Source: Candidatus Zixiibacteriota bacterium (lineage in GTDB: Bacteria > Zixibacteria > MSB-5A5 > GN15 > FEB-12). From it: a stretch of 22,128 nucleotides of DNA. Under the pieces are notes generated by a model. That model did no database searches and had not been told where the DNA came from. It saw only the letters and a list, made by a program, of their open reading frames with translations. Shown piece after piece: positions 7,331 to 16,228 of the stretch (position 1 is the first letter of the stretch; each line of letters opens with the position of its first letter). A program made the translations under genes and the position numbers. Location: positions 1 to 22,128 of the forward strand of contig JBHHVC010000019.1 in the NCBI GenBank assembly GCA_046754125.1, given 5' to 3'.

Positions 7331-8356
7331 CGACCGGCCAGCCAACTGGTCCTCCAGTTCCTTCACTCTTTTGACGAGTTCAGGCAGGCGGTGCAGAGAA
7401 GCTTCGATTCGCTTCTGTTCCATGATCTCTCTGGCTGGCACGCCGAGCATTGTCTTTCCGGCAGGGACTGATTTGGAGATACCTGCCTTTGCCGCCACTA
7501 TGACATCATCGCTGATTTCAATGTGTCCAACAAGACCGGCCTGACCTGCCAGTACCACGCGGTTGCCGATCCGGGTGGACCCCGAAATCCCGACCTGAGC
7601 AATAATAACTGAGTGTTCACCGATCTCGACGTTGTGAGCTATTTGTACAAGGTTGTCGATCTTTGTGCCTCGTCCGATCTTGGTTGGGCCGAGAGCTCCG
7701 CGATCGATTGTACAGTTGGCCCCTATTTCAACATCGTCGTCTATCTCCACCCATCCAATCTGCTTGATCTTCTTAAGCCCGGTCTCGGACTTGGCGTAGC
7801 CGAACCCGTCGGACCCAATGACTGTGCCGGCGTGGACAATCACGCGATTGCCAATCCGGGTTTCGCGAAGGATTTGCACACCCGGATGCAGCAGGCAGTC
7901 ATCGCCAATGGTGACACCGGGGCCGATATGCGTGCCGGCTTCAATGATGGAACGCTTTCCGATCGACGCGCCCGTCGCGAGGTAGCACAACGGGCCGATA
8001 GAGGCTGTATCATCAATGCGGGCAGTCGGGTCAATCACAGCCGAGACATCTTTTTGACCCTGGTCTGGTTTCGGATCGGGATACAAGAGATCAATTATTG
8101 TGGCGAAGGTCAGGTACGGATTATCATGGCGAAGTATCGTTCGGCCATGCCCGTCGACATCCGGTGCAGCCACGACGGCACCGGCGGCAGTACTGCTCAA
8201 GTACTTTTGGTATTTTGCGTTGGCTACAAAACTTACATCCTTGTTGCCGGCCGACTGAATTGGAGCGGCTGATTCTATCTTCTTTGAGCCGTCCCCGTCA
8301 ACTGTTGCGCCCGTGCACTCAGCAAGTTGGGCAATGGTCCAGACTCGACTATCCAT
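7322..8356 (-). CDS. lpxD: UDP-3-O-(3-hydroxyacyl)glucosamine N-acyltransferase
   Basis: LpxD N-terminal domain (TIAQLAECTGATVDGDG) is followed by left-handed beta-helix hexapeptide repeats. 344 aa; ATG 8356 overlaps the skp stop by 8 nt. Confidence 0.9.
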   Translation of the reverse strand: MDSRVWTIAQLAECTGATVDGDGSKKIESAAPIQSAGNKDVSFVANAKYQKYLSSTAAGAVVAAPDVDGHGRTILRHDNPYLTFATIIDLLYPDPKPDQGQKDVSAVIDPTARIDDTASIGPLCYLATGASIGKRSIIEAGTHIGPGVTIGDDCLLHPGVQILRETRIGNRVIVHAGTVIGSDGFGYAKSETGLKKIKQIGWVEIDDDVEIGANCTIDRGALGPTKIGRGTKIDNLVQIAHNVEIGEHSVIIAQVGISGSTRIGNRVVLAGQAGLVGHIEISDDVIVAAKAGISKSVPAGKTMLGVPAREIMEQKRIEASLHRLPELVKRVKELEDQLAGRSKR

Positions 8357-8888
8357 CCTGATCTTCGAGGTAGACCAGCACTTTGTCGGTTACATCGAAC
8401 GATTCGTTGATATACCCAAGGCCACTTTGCAATGTGAAAATAACGTCGTAGCTATTTTCGATTGCAACGGCTTCAATCGCCTTGCTGATATTGTCCAGAA
8501 GCGGCGCCAGCAGATCGGTTTGCTTTCGTTCAGCGTCGCCATTTGGTCCAAAGACCCGCCTGGTGTAGGCATCCAGCGATTCGCGCTTGACACGAATGGA
8601 GGCTTCGCGCTCCTTTTTCTTGTCATCCGAAAGAATGAGCTTTTGCCGATCGAACTCCTCCTCAAGCTCTTTGAGTTCGGTTTGCATCTGCTGTGCTTCA
8701 TCTTCCCATGCCTTGGCCTCAAGTTCCCATTGTTCCTGAGCTTTCTGCCAGGCCTTGTATTCCTGTTTGATTCGATCGTCTTTGATAAACCCCATTTTTA
8801 TTCCCTGTGCACTCACCCTGGGCGCGGTGAGAGCGGCAAGGCAAAAGGCTGCGCCAAAAAGCGTTAATAAACGTGTAGAGCTACGCAT
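8349..8888 (-). CDS. skp: Periplasmic chaperone Skp/OmpH
   Basis: Signal peptide MRSSTRLLTLFGAAFCLAALTAPRVSAQ is followed by K/E-rich coiled-coil arms. Start is called at ATG 8888 (SD GGGAG 8 nt upstream) rather than TTG 8903. The gene lies between bamA and lpxD as in the canonical operon. Confidence 0.8.
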   Translation of the reverse strand: MRSSTRLLTLFGAAFCLAALTAPRVSAQGIKMGFIKDDRIKQEYKAWQKAQEQWELEAKAWEDEAQQMQTELKELEEEFDRQKLILSDDKKKEREASIRVKRESLDAYTRRVFGPNGDAERKQTDLLAPLLDNISKAIEAVAIENSYDVIFTLQSGLGYINESFDVTDKVLVYLEDQDG

Positions 8889-8926
8889 TAGATGGTCTCC
8901 CAAGAATACAAGATGTTATCAGTTGT

Positions 8927-11419
8927 TTACCTAAAAATAGATCCGATCTGGAAATGAACATTCCATGACTGGTCACGATCGCGAACTTTATCCAGCGGAT
9001 AGCCAAAGTCAAATCCCAGCGTTCCCATGCCTGGCACAGCCACTCTGAACCCGACGCCAACTCCTTTGAAAAGGCCAGCCAAGGGCTTGATATCTCTTCG
9101 ATTGAGCCAGGAGTTACCGGCATCGAAAAAAAGCAGCCCGTAAATCTGCTGTTCGACTATTGGTATCTGCAACTCAATGTTAGTGACAAGCATGTACTTG
9201 CCTCGAACACGAGTGTAGTTCCTTGCAACAGTGGTAGGGTTGGCCGTGTCGGGCACATAAGATGTCGTATCCCCAATGAAAAAGAATGTAGTGTCCAGGC
9301 CGCCCAGGCTGTCCGGAGTTAGTGTGCCGTCATCGTAGCCACGCACGACGCCATCGAAGGCGGTCCCGCCTGGGTTGAAACGGTCTGTCTCCAGAATCCG
9401 GTTGTCCCCCTTGGGCGAGGTCACCACACCGTACTGAACTTTTGCTCCCAGAGAAATATTCCAGAAGAGAGGTATGAACTTGGCTATAGAGAGGCTGTGT
9501 TTCTGATACTGCCAGAAACCGCCAAGAACGCCGCCGGTATTCTGGAAGGTATAAGAAATCTTGGATCCGGACGAGGCAAACTCAGGAAGGTTTCGGGAGT
9601 CGCGCGTGACTGTAAAAGACAAGCGTGAGCCGGTCAGCCACTGTTCGTCATACTGGAGGATGGAACCCGGAAAGATATCACGCGGCACAAGTATTTCGGT
9701 CCCGACCGTGTCGTCTGTCTGAGTCGAATCATTGAAAACCGTATATGTGTACCTCTTGGTGACGGTAAAGGTGTTTCGCCGCTCAAAGTCGTCATCAAAA
9801 TCGAAGAAACGATTCCGTTCGAGCGAGTATGAAGCGAACGCGCGAAAGTAGTTGTCGGGCCAGCGCAAGCGACGGCCGACACGAACGGTCCCTCCCTGGC
9901 GGGCTTCGGTATAATCGTCGAACCATCGGCGATTTGTGAGAAAACCAGACAGGCCCAGGAGAGTGGGTCGTCCAAAGAGCCATGGCTCAGTAAAGCCGAC
10001 CGAGAACGAATTTCGTCGAGACCCGAAATCGATACTGAACGATAGATTCTGTCCGTTACCGCCCAGATTAGGAATCCCCAGTGCAACATTGCCGACCACT
10101 TTATCTTGGCTATTGAACCCAGCACCTGCGGATATTTGGGCAGTCTGTTTTTCCTCGATCTTGAATTCAATATCCACGTCCCCGTCCTGGCGAGGCAGAG
10201 GGGTCGGTACCACATTGGTAAAGTAGTTTAACGCCATGACATCTCGGACCGACCGGATCAGCATCGCCCGGCTGAATTTCTGCCCCGGGAGGACTGAGAT
10301 TTCCCTGCGAATCACTTTTTCCTTGGTCTTGGTGTTACCGATAATCTTCACCAGCTTTACATGCGAGGGAAGTCCTTCTGAGATGTCGTAGTTGACGTCT
10401 ATCAGGGAGTCGTCGCGAGTTGTGCGTTCGTCGAGGATATTGACGTGGAGGTGGCCGATATCGTAGTAGACCGAAGAAATCTCGAACAAGGATTCTTCGT
10501 ATTTCCCCTGATCGAAAATCTGTCCCGGCTGGAACTTGATTTTTCTGCCAAGAAGGTCCGAGGGGAGTTCGTCGTTATTGGCAAAGGATACGTCTCCAAA
10601 ATAATATCGCGGCCCCTCATATAAATCAATGTAGATGGTCATTCGGTTGGACTCGGAGTCGATGCTAATTGAATCCGAGACAAGATAGGCATCTATGAAA
10701 CCCTTTTTGTGCAACTCCGAAATGATCTTTTCGAGGTCTTCATCGTATTTGTTCTTGGCGAAGTCGCTACTCTTCAAGAAACCGCGTTTGCGGTTTCGCA
10801 TTTTCCCGATCAACTTTTTCGGATCGGAAATCTTACAGCCCGTGAGGATTACCTTGTCAACCTTCACTTTCGACTTTTCGTCGACAGCAAAGTGGAGCAG
10901 AGCTTCGGATGAGTCGGCATTGTAACGAAGAGAAGGGACAATAACCGCCCGGAAGTAGCCCTTTTCTTCGTACATTTCTTTTACGGTATTCTTGCCTTGA
11001 TTCATCAGGTACGGAGAAATATACCCGCCGATACCCAGGTTGAGTTTTTCAATTAAGTCCTTGCTCTTAATCTTCTTGTTTCCGGAAAACTCGATTTCGG
11101 TGAGCTTGGGTAGTTCTTTGATAATAATGTATACCTTAAGACCTCCCGACACTTCTTCCATCTCAAGGCGAACATCGCGAAAGATCCCCAGTCGATAGAG
11201 GCGACGAATGGCGTCCCCCGACAGAGTAGGAGTCAGTGGCGATCCAAGGTCAATTGCCGCCACGCCCAGAATCAGAGAACTGGTCGCAACTCGATTGCCG
11301 ACGATTTCTATGTCGACAACCCTGGTGTCCGGCTGGGCTCCGACAGCAAGGGCAGTGCAGGCAATTGCCGCAAGGACAAAAAGGGCGATCCTTGCCCAAT
11401 GTCGATTTCTGACGATCAC
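8927..11419 (-). CDS. bamA: Outer membrane protein assembly factor BamA (Omp85; POTRA repeats + 16-strand barrel)
   Basis: 830 aa with a signal peptide, five POTRA-like segments and a C-terminal Omp85 barrel with Gly/aromatic-rich beta strands. GTG start at 11419 lies 6 nt after the rplU stop. Confidence 0.9.
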   Translation of the reverse strand: MIVRNRHWARIALFVLAAIACTALAVGAQPDTRVVDIEIVGNRVATSSLILGVAAIDLGSPLTPTLSGDAIRRLYRLGIFRDVRLEMEEVSGGLKVYIIIKELPKLTEIEFSGNKKIKSKDLIEKLNLGIGGYISPYLMNQGKNTVKEMYEEKGYFRAVIVPSLRYNADSSEALLHFAVDEKSKVKVDKVILTGCKISDPKKLIGKMRNRKRGFLKSSDFAKNKYDEDLEKIISELHKKGFIDAYLVSDSISIDSESNRMTIYIDLYEGPRYYFGDVSFANNDELPSDLLGRKIKFQPGQIFDQGKYEESLFEISSVYYDIGHLHVNILDERTTRDDSLIDVNYDISEGLPSHVKLVKIIGNTKTKEKVIRREISVLPGQKFSRAMLIRSVRDVMALNYFTNVVPTPLPRQDGDVDIEFKIEEKQTAQISAGAGFNSQDKVVGNVALGIPNLGGNGQNLSFSIDFGSRRNSFSVGFTEPWLFGRPTLLGLSGFLTNRRWFDDYTEARQGGTVRVGRRLRWPDNYFRAFASYSLERNRFFDFDDDFERRNTFTVTKRYTYTVFNDSTQTDDTVGTEILVPRDIFPGSILQYDEQWLTGSRLSFTVTRDSRNLPEFASSGSKISYTFQNTGGVLGGFWQYQKHSLSIAKFIPLFWNISLGAKVQYGVVTSPKGDNRILETDRFNPGGTAFDGVVRGYDDGTLTPDSLGGLDTTFFFIGDTTSYVPDTANPTTVARNYTRVRGKYMLVTNIELQIPIVEQQIYGLLFFDAGNSWLNRRDIKPLAGLFKGVGVGFRVAVPGMGTLGFDFGYPLDKVRDRDQSWNVHFQIGSIFR

Positions 11420-11425
11420 GACGGT

Positions 11426-11746
11426 TTAGCTTTGGGGAGCAACGATCCTGTTGATCTTGATTTCGCTAAAGTCCTGCCGATGGCCCTGACGGCGACGATA
11501 CTTGGTGCGCCGTTTGTACTTGTAAATCTCCACCTTGTCGTCTTTACCGTGCCGGAGCACCTCGGCTTCAATCTTCGCATCGGCGACGTGCGGTGTCCCG
11601 ACCAGCGATCCGTCGTCGGTTTTGAGTACCAGTATCGCGCCGATGTCTATGGTCTGACCCGCCTCTGTATCCTGAAGTGGGACGCGAACGACATCCCCTT
11701 CAGATGCAGTGAACTGGAAACCAGATAGTTCAAAAACGGCATGCAT
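11426..11746 (-). CDS. rplU: 50S ribosomal protein L21
   Basis: MHAVFELSGFQFTASEGDVVRV...KYKRRTKYRRRQGHRQ aligns to L21 along the full length. SD GGAGG lies 10 nt upstream of ATG 11746. Confidence 0.9.
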   Translation of the reverse strand: MHAVFELSGFQFTASEGDVVRVPLQDTEAGQTIDIGAILVLKTDDGSLVGTPHVADAKIEAEVLRHGKDDKVEIYKYKRRTKYRRRQGHRQDFSEIKINRIVAPQS

Positions 11747-11793
11747 TTATTGTATCCTCCGTATCTGTAACGACTTATTGTTTTCTACCAAAG

Positions 11794-11828
11794 CCATCTA
11801 TAATCGACAGAAGGCGCTCTGAAGTCAA
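11794..11828 (-). promoter_or_regulatory. Putative rplU promoter on the minus strand: TTGACT (complement of 11823-11828)-N17-GATTAT (complement of 11800-11805). A perfect TATAAT on the plus strand (11799-11804) may be a distal uvrB promoter.
   Basis: Hexamers and spacing are seen in sequence; the leader to ATG 11746 would be ~47 nt. Confidence 0.3.
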
Positions 11829-11936
11829 GCCGTTTTTTCCTGCCGCTTTCCGTCGGGTCCGGTCATCTCCTTACACGTGGGCGAGGCAACTCAGGTTCCA
11901 TAAAACACTTAGCTTCAAAAGCCGGTCGATTAGTGA

Positions 11937-11965
11937 TTGTCGCTAAAGCACAGATTGGATATATT
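11937..11965 (+). promoter_or_regulatory. Putative proximal uvrB promoter TTGTCG(11937-11942)-N17-TATATT(11960-11965). GATTAGTGA (11928-11936) abuts the -35.
   Basis: Good -10 with a 17-bp spacer. The 9-mer is identical to the one upstream of the umuD -35. Confidence 0.4.
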
Positions 11966-11987
11966 GCCAGCTAAATCGTTTAAGTAG

Positions 11988-14045
11988 ATGATGGATTACA
12001 ACGTGACGGTAGACGCAAAAGAGGCATTAGCAGAATCCGCGTTCAATCTTGTATCCGGGTACAAGCCCAAAGGGGATCAGCCGGAGGCTATTGGACAGCT
12101 TCTTGAGGGACTTCGTTCAGGCAGGCGTGATCAGGTGCTTCTGGGCGTAACCGGTTCGGGAAAAACATTTACTGTTGCCAATGTGATAGCCCGGTATGGC
12201 TGTCCGGCCCTGGTGCTGTCTCACAATAAGACGCTGGCCGCGCAATTGTACGGCGAGTTGAAGGCGTTCTTTCCGCATAGCGCGGTGGAGTTTTTTGTCA
12301 GTTACTACGACTACTATCAACCTGAAGCGTACATTCCCACGACGGATACTTTTATTGAAAAGGATACCTCGGTCAATGAGGACATAGATCGACTCAGGCT
12401 TCGCGCAACAGCGTCGCTTCTTGATCGGGATGATGTCATAATTGTAGCTTCTGTATCGTGCATCTATGGTCTCGGTTCTCCGGAAGAATACAAGAGGCAG
12501 TTCCTTTGCCTGAAGCCCGGTATGGAGATCGATCGCGATCTCCTGATACGAAAGCTGATCGCGATTCATTATAGCCGCAATGATATCGACTTCTCTCGCG
12601 GCAAGTTTCGAGTGCGCGGCGACACTATCGAACTGATACCGGCATACTATGAGAACGCTTTTCGGATTGAGTTCTATGGGGATGAAATTGAGCGCATAAC
12701 CGAAATTGTTCCTCTTACCGGCGAAATACTGTCCGAACGCAAACGGGTGTCGATATATCCTGCCAAGCATTTCATTACTTCGCCGCCTCAACTTAAGCGG
12801 GCGATCAAGACAATCCGCAAGGAACTGGCTGAACAGCTTGAGCTGTTCCGTTCTCAGGATAAGCTGCTCGAGGCACAACGAATCGAATCTCGCACCAACT
12901 ATGATTTGGAAATGCTCAGTGAAGTTGGCTACTGCAGCGGCGTAGAAAACTACTCGCGTCACCTCACTGGACGGAAGCCTGGAGAAAGGCCGTTTACTCT
13001 GATCGATTTCTTCCCCGACAAGTTCATCACCATCATCGATGAATCGCACCAGTCGATTCCGCAGGTGCGAGCGATGTATGCGGGCGACAGGAATCGCAAG
13101 GAGACTCTTGTTTCCCATGGGTTCCGACTTCCCTCGGCGCTGGATAACAGGCCGCTCTATTTCGAGGAATTCGAGAGCCTGATGAAACAGATCATCTATG
13201 TTTCGGCGACGCCTGCAGACTATGAGCTTGAGAAGGCCGAGGGCGTCATTGTAGAACAGGTGATCAGGCCGACCGGTTTGCTCGACCCGCGTATTGTGGT
13301 TCGACCGTTATCTACTCAGGTTGATGATCTCCTTGAGGAAGTAAGAAAGAGAGTGAGCAAGGGGGAGCGAACGCTGGTGACTACTCTTACCAAAAGGATG
13401 TCCGAGGATCTGACCGACTACCTGAGCAAGATGAAACTGCGCGTTCGCTACCTGCACAGCGATATCGATTCGATAAAACGAACTGAGATCATTCGCGATC
13501 TGCGGCTGGCTGAATTCGATGTGTTGGTCGGGGTCAACCTCCTGCGCGAGGGTCTGGACCTTCCTGAAGTATCACTTGTGGCCATCCTCGATGCCGACAA
13601 AGAAGGTTTTTTGCGTTCTGCTCGTGCTCTGATCCAGACTTCGGGGCGAGCAGCCCGAAACGCTAACGGAGAAGTGATCTTTTATGCCGACAAGATCACT
13701 AACTCGATGGCCAAAGCTATCAACGAAACCAATCGACGGCGCGAGAAACAGGGGCAATATAACCGGAAGTTCAACATCAATCCGGAGACGATCCTGAAAA
13801 CGAGAGATGAAATCCTTCGCACAACGCAATTGGCTGATGCTCGAACAACCGATGCTGGACCATCATTCGATAAGCCGGCCAGTTTCGAGTTGATGGGACG
13901 CGAAGACCAGATTGCATTTCTAACCGAAGCAATGAAGACCGCCGCCCGTAATCTCGAGTTTGAAACGGCTGCCCTGATTCGCGATGAGATCGATCGAATG
14001 CAGGGACAGTTGCCCTGGAAAAAAGACAAAACAAAACAGCGGTGA
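11988..14045 (+). CDS. uvrB: Excinuclease ABC subunit B
   Basis: Walker [11 protein letters not shown]; the helicase motif region is shared with Mfd/TRCF; the C-terminal UVR domain ([19 protein letters not shown]) is present. 685 aa. Confidence 0.95.
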   Translation: MMDYNVTVDAKEALAESAFNLVSGYKPKGDQPEAIGQLLEGLRSGRRDQVLLGVTGSGKTFTVANVIARYGCPALVLSHNKTLAAQLYGELKAFFPHSAVEFFVSYYDYYQPEAYIPTTDTFIEKDTSVNEDIDRLRLRATASLLDRDDVIIVASVSCIYGLGSPEEYKRQFLCLKPGMEIDRDLLIRKLIAIHYSRNDIDFSRGKFRVRGDTIELIPAYYENAFRIEFYGDEIERITEIVPLTGEILSERKRVSIYPAKHFITSPPQLKRAIKTIRKELAEQLELFRSQDKLLEAQRIESRTNYDLEMLSEVGYCSGVENYSRHLTGRKPGERPFTLIDFFPDKFITIIDESHQSIPQVRAMYAGDRNRKETLVSHGFRLPSALDNRPLYFEEFESLMKQIIYVSATPADYELEKAEGVIVEQVIRPTGLLDPRIVVRPLSTQVDDLLEEVRKRVSKGERTLVTTLTKRMSEDLTDYLSKMKLRVRYLHSDIDSIKRTEIIRDLRLAEFDVLVGVNLLREGLDLPEVSLVAILDADKEGFLRSARALIQTSGRAARNANGEVIFYADKITNSMAKAINETNRRREKQGQYNRKFNINPETILKTRDEILRTTQLADARTTDAGPSFDKPASFELMGREDQIAFLTEAMKTAARNLEFETAALIRDEIDRMQGQLPWKKDKTKQR

Positions 14046-14064
14046 GCCTGTTGTAACCAGACAA

Positions 14065-14952
14065 ATGATGTCCTTGCTCAATAAAAGTAAGATGATCCAA
14101 GCAGTACTGCTTGTGAGTGCTATTGCCTCTTTTTTAGCATGTAGCGAAAAGGATGTCTTTACTGTTTCGCAACGGGACGAAGTATTTCGTTATCTCGCCG
14201 ATACGGAGGAAGGGAAGGAGCTATACCGGACGGGCAGTCTTGTTACTCCCGAAGAATACGGTTTGCCGTTCGACACCGCCACCTATCGCGATTTTCAGGA
14301 TTCCGTGATTAGAGTCAGTTCGATTGCTATCGAAGAGAATCGCTTTGTGGAGTTGAGTTTCGGGAGCTTTCACTTTGCCGAGGTACTTTTCACCGATGTC
14401 ATTCTTGGCCACAGTGAGCGCATAGCCGGCCTCGACACAACAGTCATTCCATTTGAGCGGGTGATAACCAGAACCGCCTTTTTGCTCAAACTCGGCTCCA
14501 ACTCCCAGGCCTTTTCCGGATGGCAGTTGCATGGATACGGCTATAGCAGCGGACCACCTCTGATGAATCTCCGGTTTGAGCCATCGGCGGGAGAAATTCT
14601 TGAGGTTCGAGGCAGCAATACAGTGGAACTGGATGTGGACGGCAGCCCTCGGTTGTTTTCATTCACACCATTAACGGACATTGCAGATTTTGCTCAGGGT
14701 GCTGTGTTGCAAATCACCAGCACACCGCGCAATACCATTTCGTATGGCGTCGTGGCTTCCTATGAGACGTCTGCAGGCTTTGTCACCGAGGGGCTTGCCC
14801 AACTGGGTAAAGATATCATCGATACGATTGTTACGCCTGATCCGAATCCCAAGTTATGGAACCTGGTGGTGATGCACGCTTTTGTAAAGGGCGTTGACAG
14901 TTTGCCGCTCTGGGTCCGTTCCTGGGCAGTGCCGTATCGGGTTCCTCAGTAG
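14065..14952 (+). CDS. Hypothetical lipoprotein of unknown function
   Basis: Start is called at the MMSLLNKSKMIQAVLLVSAIASFLAC signal peptide, which has a lipobox-like FLAC. The track ORF's extra 27 N-terminal residues overlap the uvrB 3' end. No recognisable domain. The gene lies 19 nt downstream of uvrB on the same strand. Confidence 0.6.
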   Translation: MMSLLNKSKMIQAVLLVSAIASFLACSEKDVFTVSQRDEVFRYLADTEEGKELYRTGSLVTPEEYGLPFDTATYRDFQDSVIRVSSIAIEENRFVELSFGSFHFAEVLFTDVILGHSERIAGLDTTVIPFERVITRTAFLLKLGSNSQAFSGWQLHGYGYSSGPPLMNLRFEPSAGEILEVRGSNTVELDVDGSPRLFSFTPLTDIADFAQGAVLQITSTPRNTISYGVVASYETSAGFVTEGLAQLGKDIIDTIVTPDPNPKLWNLVVMHAFVKGVDSLPLWVRSWAVPYRVPQ

Positions 14953-14998
14953 ACGGTTGGCAAAAGGGTCTGGCGGTAGATTCTGTTTCAGACAACCA

Positions 14999-16024
14999 CT
15001 ATTGGCCGAACTCCTGCATAAGTAGCTTGAATTCTTCGTATCCGCGCATTTTTGCCAGGTCCTGATCGCCGGCAGCCTGTTTCGCCAGCTTGGGATTGAG
15101 TTCAAATGCCTGCTGCAATGCAAGGTAAGCGCCGTTTTTGTCGCCTCTGGCGAGCCGGATCACGGCTAAATCATAATGGACTTCGGCGTAGCTGGGGGCA
15201 AGTTCGGCAGCTTTCTCCATCGGATCGCGGGCATCCTCAAATCGCTTTTCAGTGAATGCTGTCCAGGCCTCGTTCCATAAATAGTTCATTCGGGCGATTG
15301 TGAGCAAGCGTCCCAACTCTTTGAATGGCTCGGTATGGTCATCGACACGGATATCGATTGCTCGATCAGTATAGCCGCCGTATCCAGCCCCCTCCTTTAC
15401 TACAAGCAAAGCCGCCGATTGCTTTCCCCGGCTATCGCCGCCAGCGCTGTCGCCTGCCAGCAGAGCAGCATAAAGCCGCTCGGCCAGGGATCCACCCGAC
15501 TCCAGGTACGCTTTCTCCATCGACTCAACAACTTCTGCCCCAGCTAAGATATTGCCCTGGATGGCGTATCCGGGTCCTTTGCGCCCTCCAGCCCAGGAAT
15601 TGCACTCGTAGCCGGTGAATGTGGCAGAGTTGCCATCGGCGGCAACGATACCGACCTGACGTCGCTCGCGGTCGCTGTCTGTGCTCTTTAGCGAATCTAT
15701 CGCCTGCTGCGGGGTCAGCCCCTGCTCTAGTAGCTCAAGACCGCGCCAGCCATAGGTCGTGTTGGCATAAGACTGTGTGGCTACGGCTCCTATTCCTGCC
15801 TTAGCCCACGGTACTACCGATCCAACTGCAAAAAAGCGCGAAGCCACAGCCACTCCGAGTTCACCGGTGATCGAGTCGCCGGCCACTATCGAAAAAGTGG
15901 CGATTTCCTGAGTGGCAGTAGAAGGCGGCTCGGGCATCGGCAAATCGATGGGAGCGGCAAGGCTAACGCAGTATGACAGTGCTGCGACGACTGTAAGTAA
16001 CTTTGACATGTTTGAGATCAGCAT
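14999..16024 (-). CDS. Secreted DUF1028 (Ntn-hydrolase-fold) family protein with C-terminal TPR repeats
   Basis: N-terminal signal peptide. The TFSIVAGDSITGELGVAVASRFFAVGSVVPWAKAGIGAVATQSYAN block is the hallmark start of DUF1028. The C-terminal ~110 aa are TPR-like (AWTAF...YAEVHYDLAVIRLARGD...YLALQQAFELNP). SD AGGAGG lies 9 nt before ATG 16024. Confidence 0.75.
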   Translation of the reverse strand: MLISNMSKLLTVVAALSYCVSLAAPIDLPMPEPPSTATQEIATFSIVAGDSITGELGVAVASRFFAVGSVVPWAKAGIGAVATQSYANTTYGWRGLELLEQGLTPQQAIDSLKSTDSDRERRQVGIVAADGNSATFTGYECNSWAGGRKGPGYAIQGNILAGAEVVESMEKAYLESGGSLAERLYAALLAGDSAGGDSRGKQSAALLVVKEGAGYGGYTDRAIDIRVDDHTEPFKELGRLLTIARMNYLWNEAWTAFTEKRFEDARDPMEKAAELAPSYAEVHYDLAVIRLARGDKNGAYLALQQAFELNPKLAKQAAGDQDLAKMRGYEEFKLLMQEFGQ

Positions 16025-16177
16025 AGTTTTTGGCCTCCTGGCTAATAATTCTGGTTTGATCCGTCTCTAAAGTACTGCCGCATTGCTCCGCCGACAAGCA
16101 GCGAAGTCGCGCATCTGTCAGTTTTGACTCCAGAGCAGGAAGCAGCCGCCTTGACTTGGAGTGAATAAACCATTTGT

Positions 16178-16206
16178 TTGCCAGTATTGAAATGGGATGT
16201 TACAAT
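16178..16206 (+). promoter_or_regulatory. Strong sigma70-type promoter of the SPFH gene: TTGCCA(16178-16183)-N17-TGtTACAAT (extended -10; hexamer 16201-16206). Leader of ~16 nt with SD AAGGAGG (16216-16222).
   Basis: Near-consensus hexamers, a 17-bp spacer and the TGn extension. The SD is 6 nt before GTG 16229. Confidence 0.55.
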
Positions 16207-16228
16207 TTACACTACAAGGAGGTTTGCT

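Noticed and set aside
7613-8272. 219-aa ORF antisense to lpxD (and similar long alternative-frame ORFs at 9634..10215, 8313..8867, 20765..21406, 19877..20356, 4508..4825)
   Set aside because: All lie fully within high-confidence genes (lpxD, bamA, skp, acs, ATP-grasp, PAP2) in shadow frames. Their translations are low-complexity or Arg/Cys/Ser-rich as expected for antisense reading, and no independent start signals are visible.
12117-13118. 333-aa ORF antisense to uvrB
   Set aside because: It lies in the codon-complementary shadow frame of a strongly identified gene. Its stops would correspond to rare sense codons TTA/CTA/TCA, and the translation has no recognisable features or expression signals. 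This is the classic antisense ORF artefact.
13984-14064. 27-codon N-terminal extension of the lipoprotein ORF overlapping the uvrB 3' end
   Set aside because: The Met-Met start at 14065 is followed by a canonical lipoprotein signal peptide. The extension is hydrophilic and Cys-containing and overlaps uvrB coding.
14968-14993. GTCTG...CAGAC inverted repeat between the lipoprotein gene and the DUF1028 gene
   Set aside because: It is a 5-bp stem with a 15-nt loop, too weak to call as a terminator.
16128-16165. ACTCCA...TGGAGT inverted repeat with a 24-nt loop in the DUF1028/SPFH divergent region
   Set aside because: The large loop and short stem have no clear function. It may simply overlap the divergent promoters.
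16178-16228. TTG-initiated N-terminal extension of the SPFH ORF
   Set aside because: The extension overlaps the -35/-10 promoter and precedes the perfect AAGGAGG SD. The GTG at 16229 is the real start.
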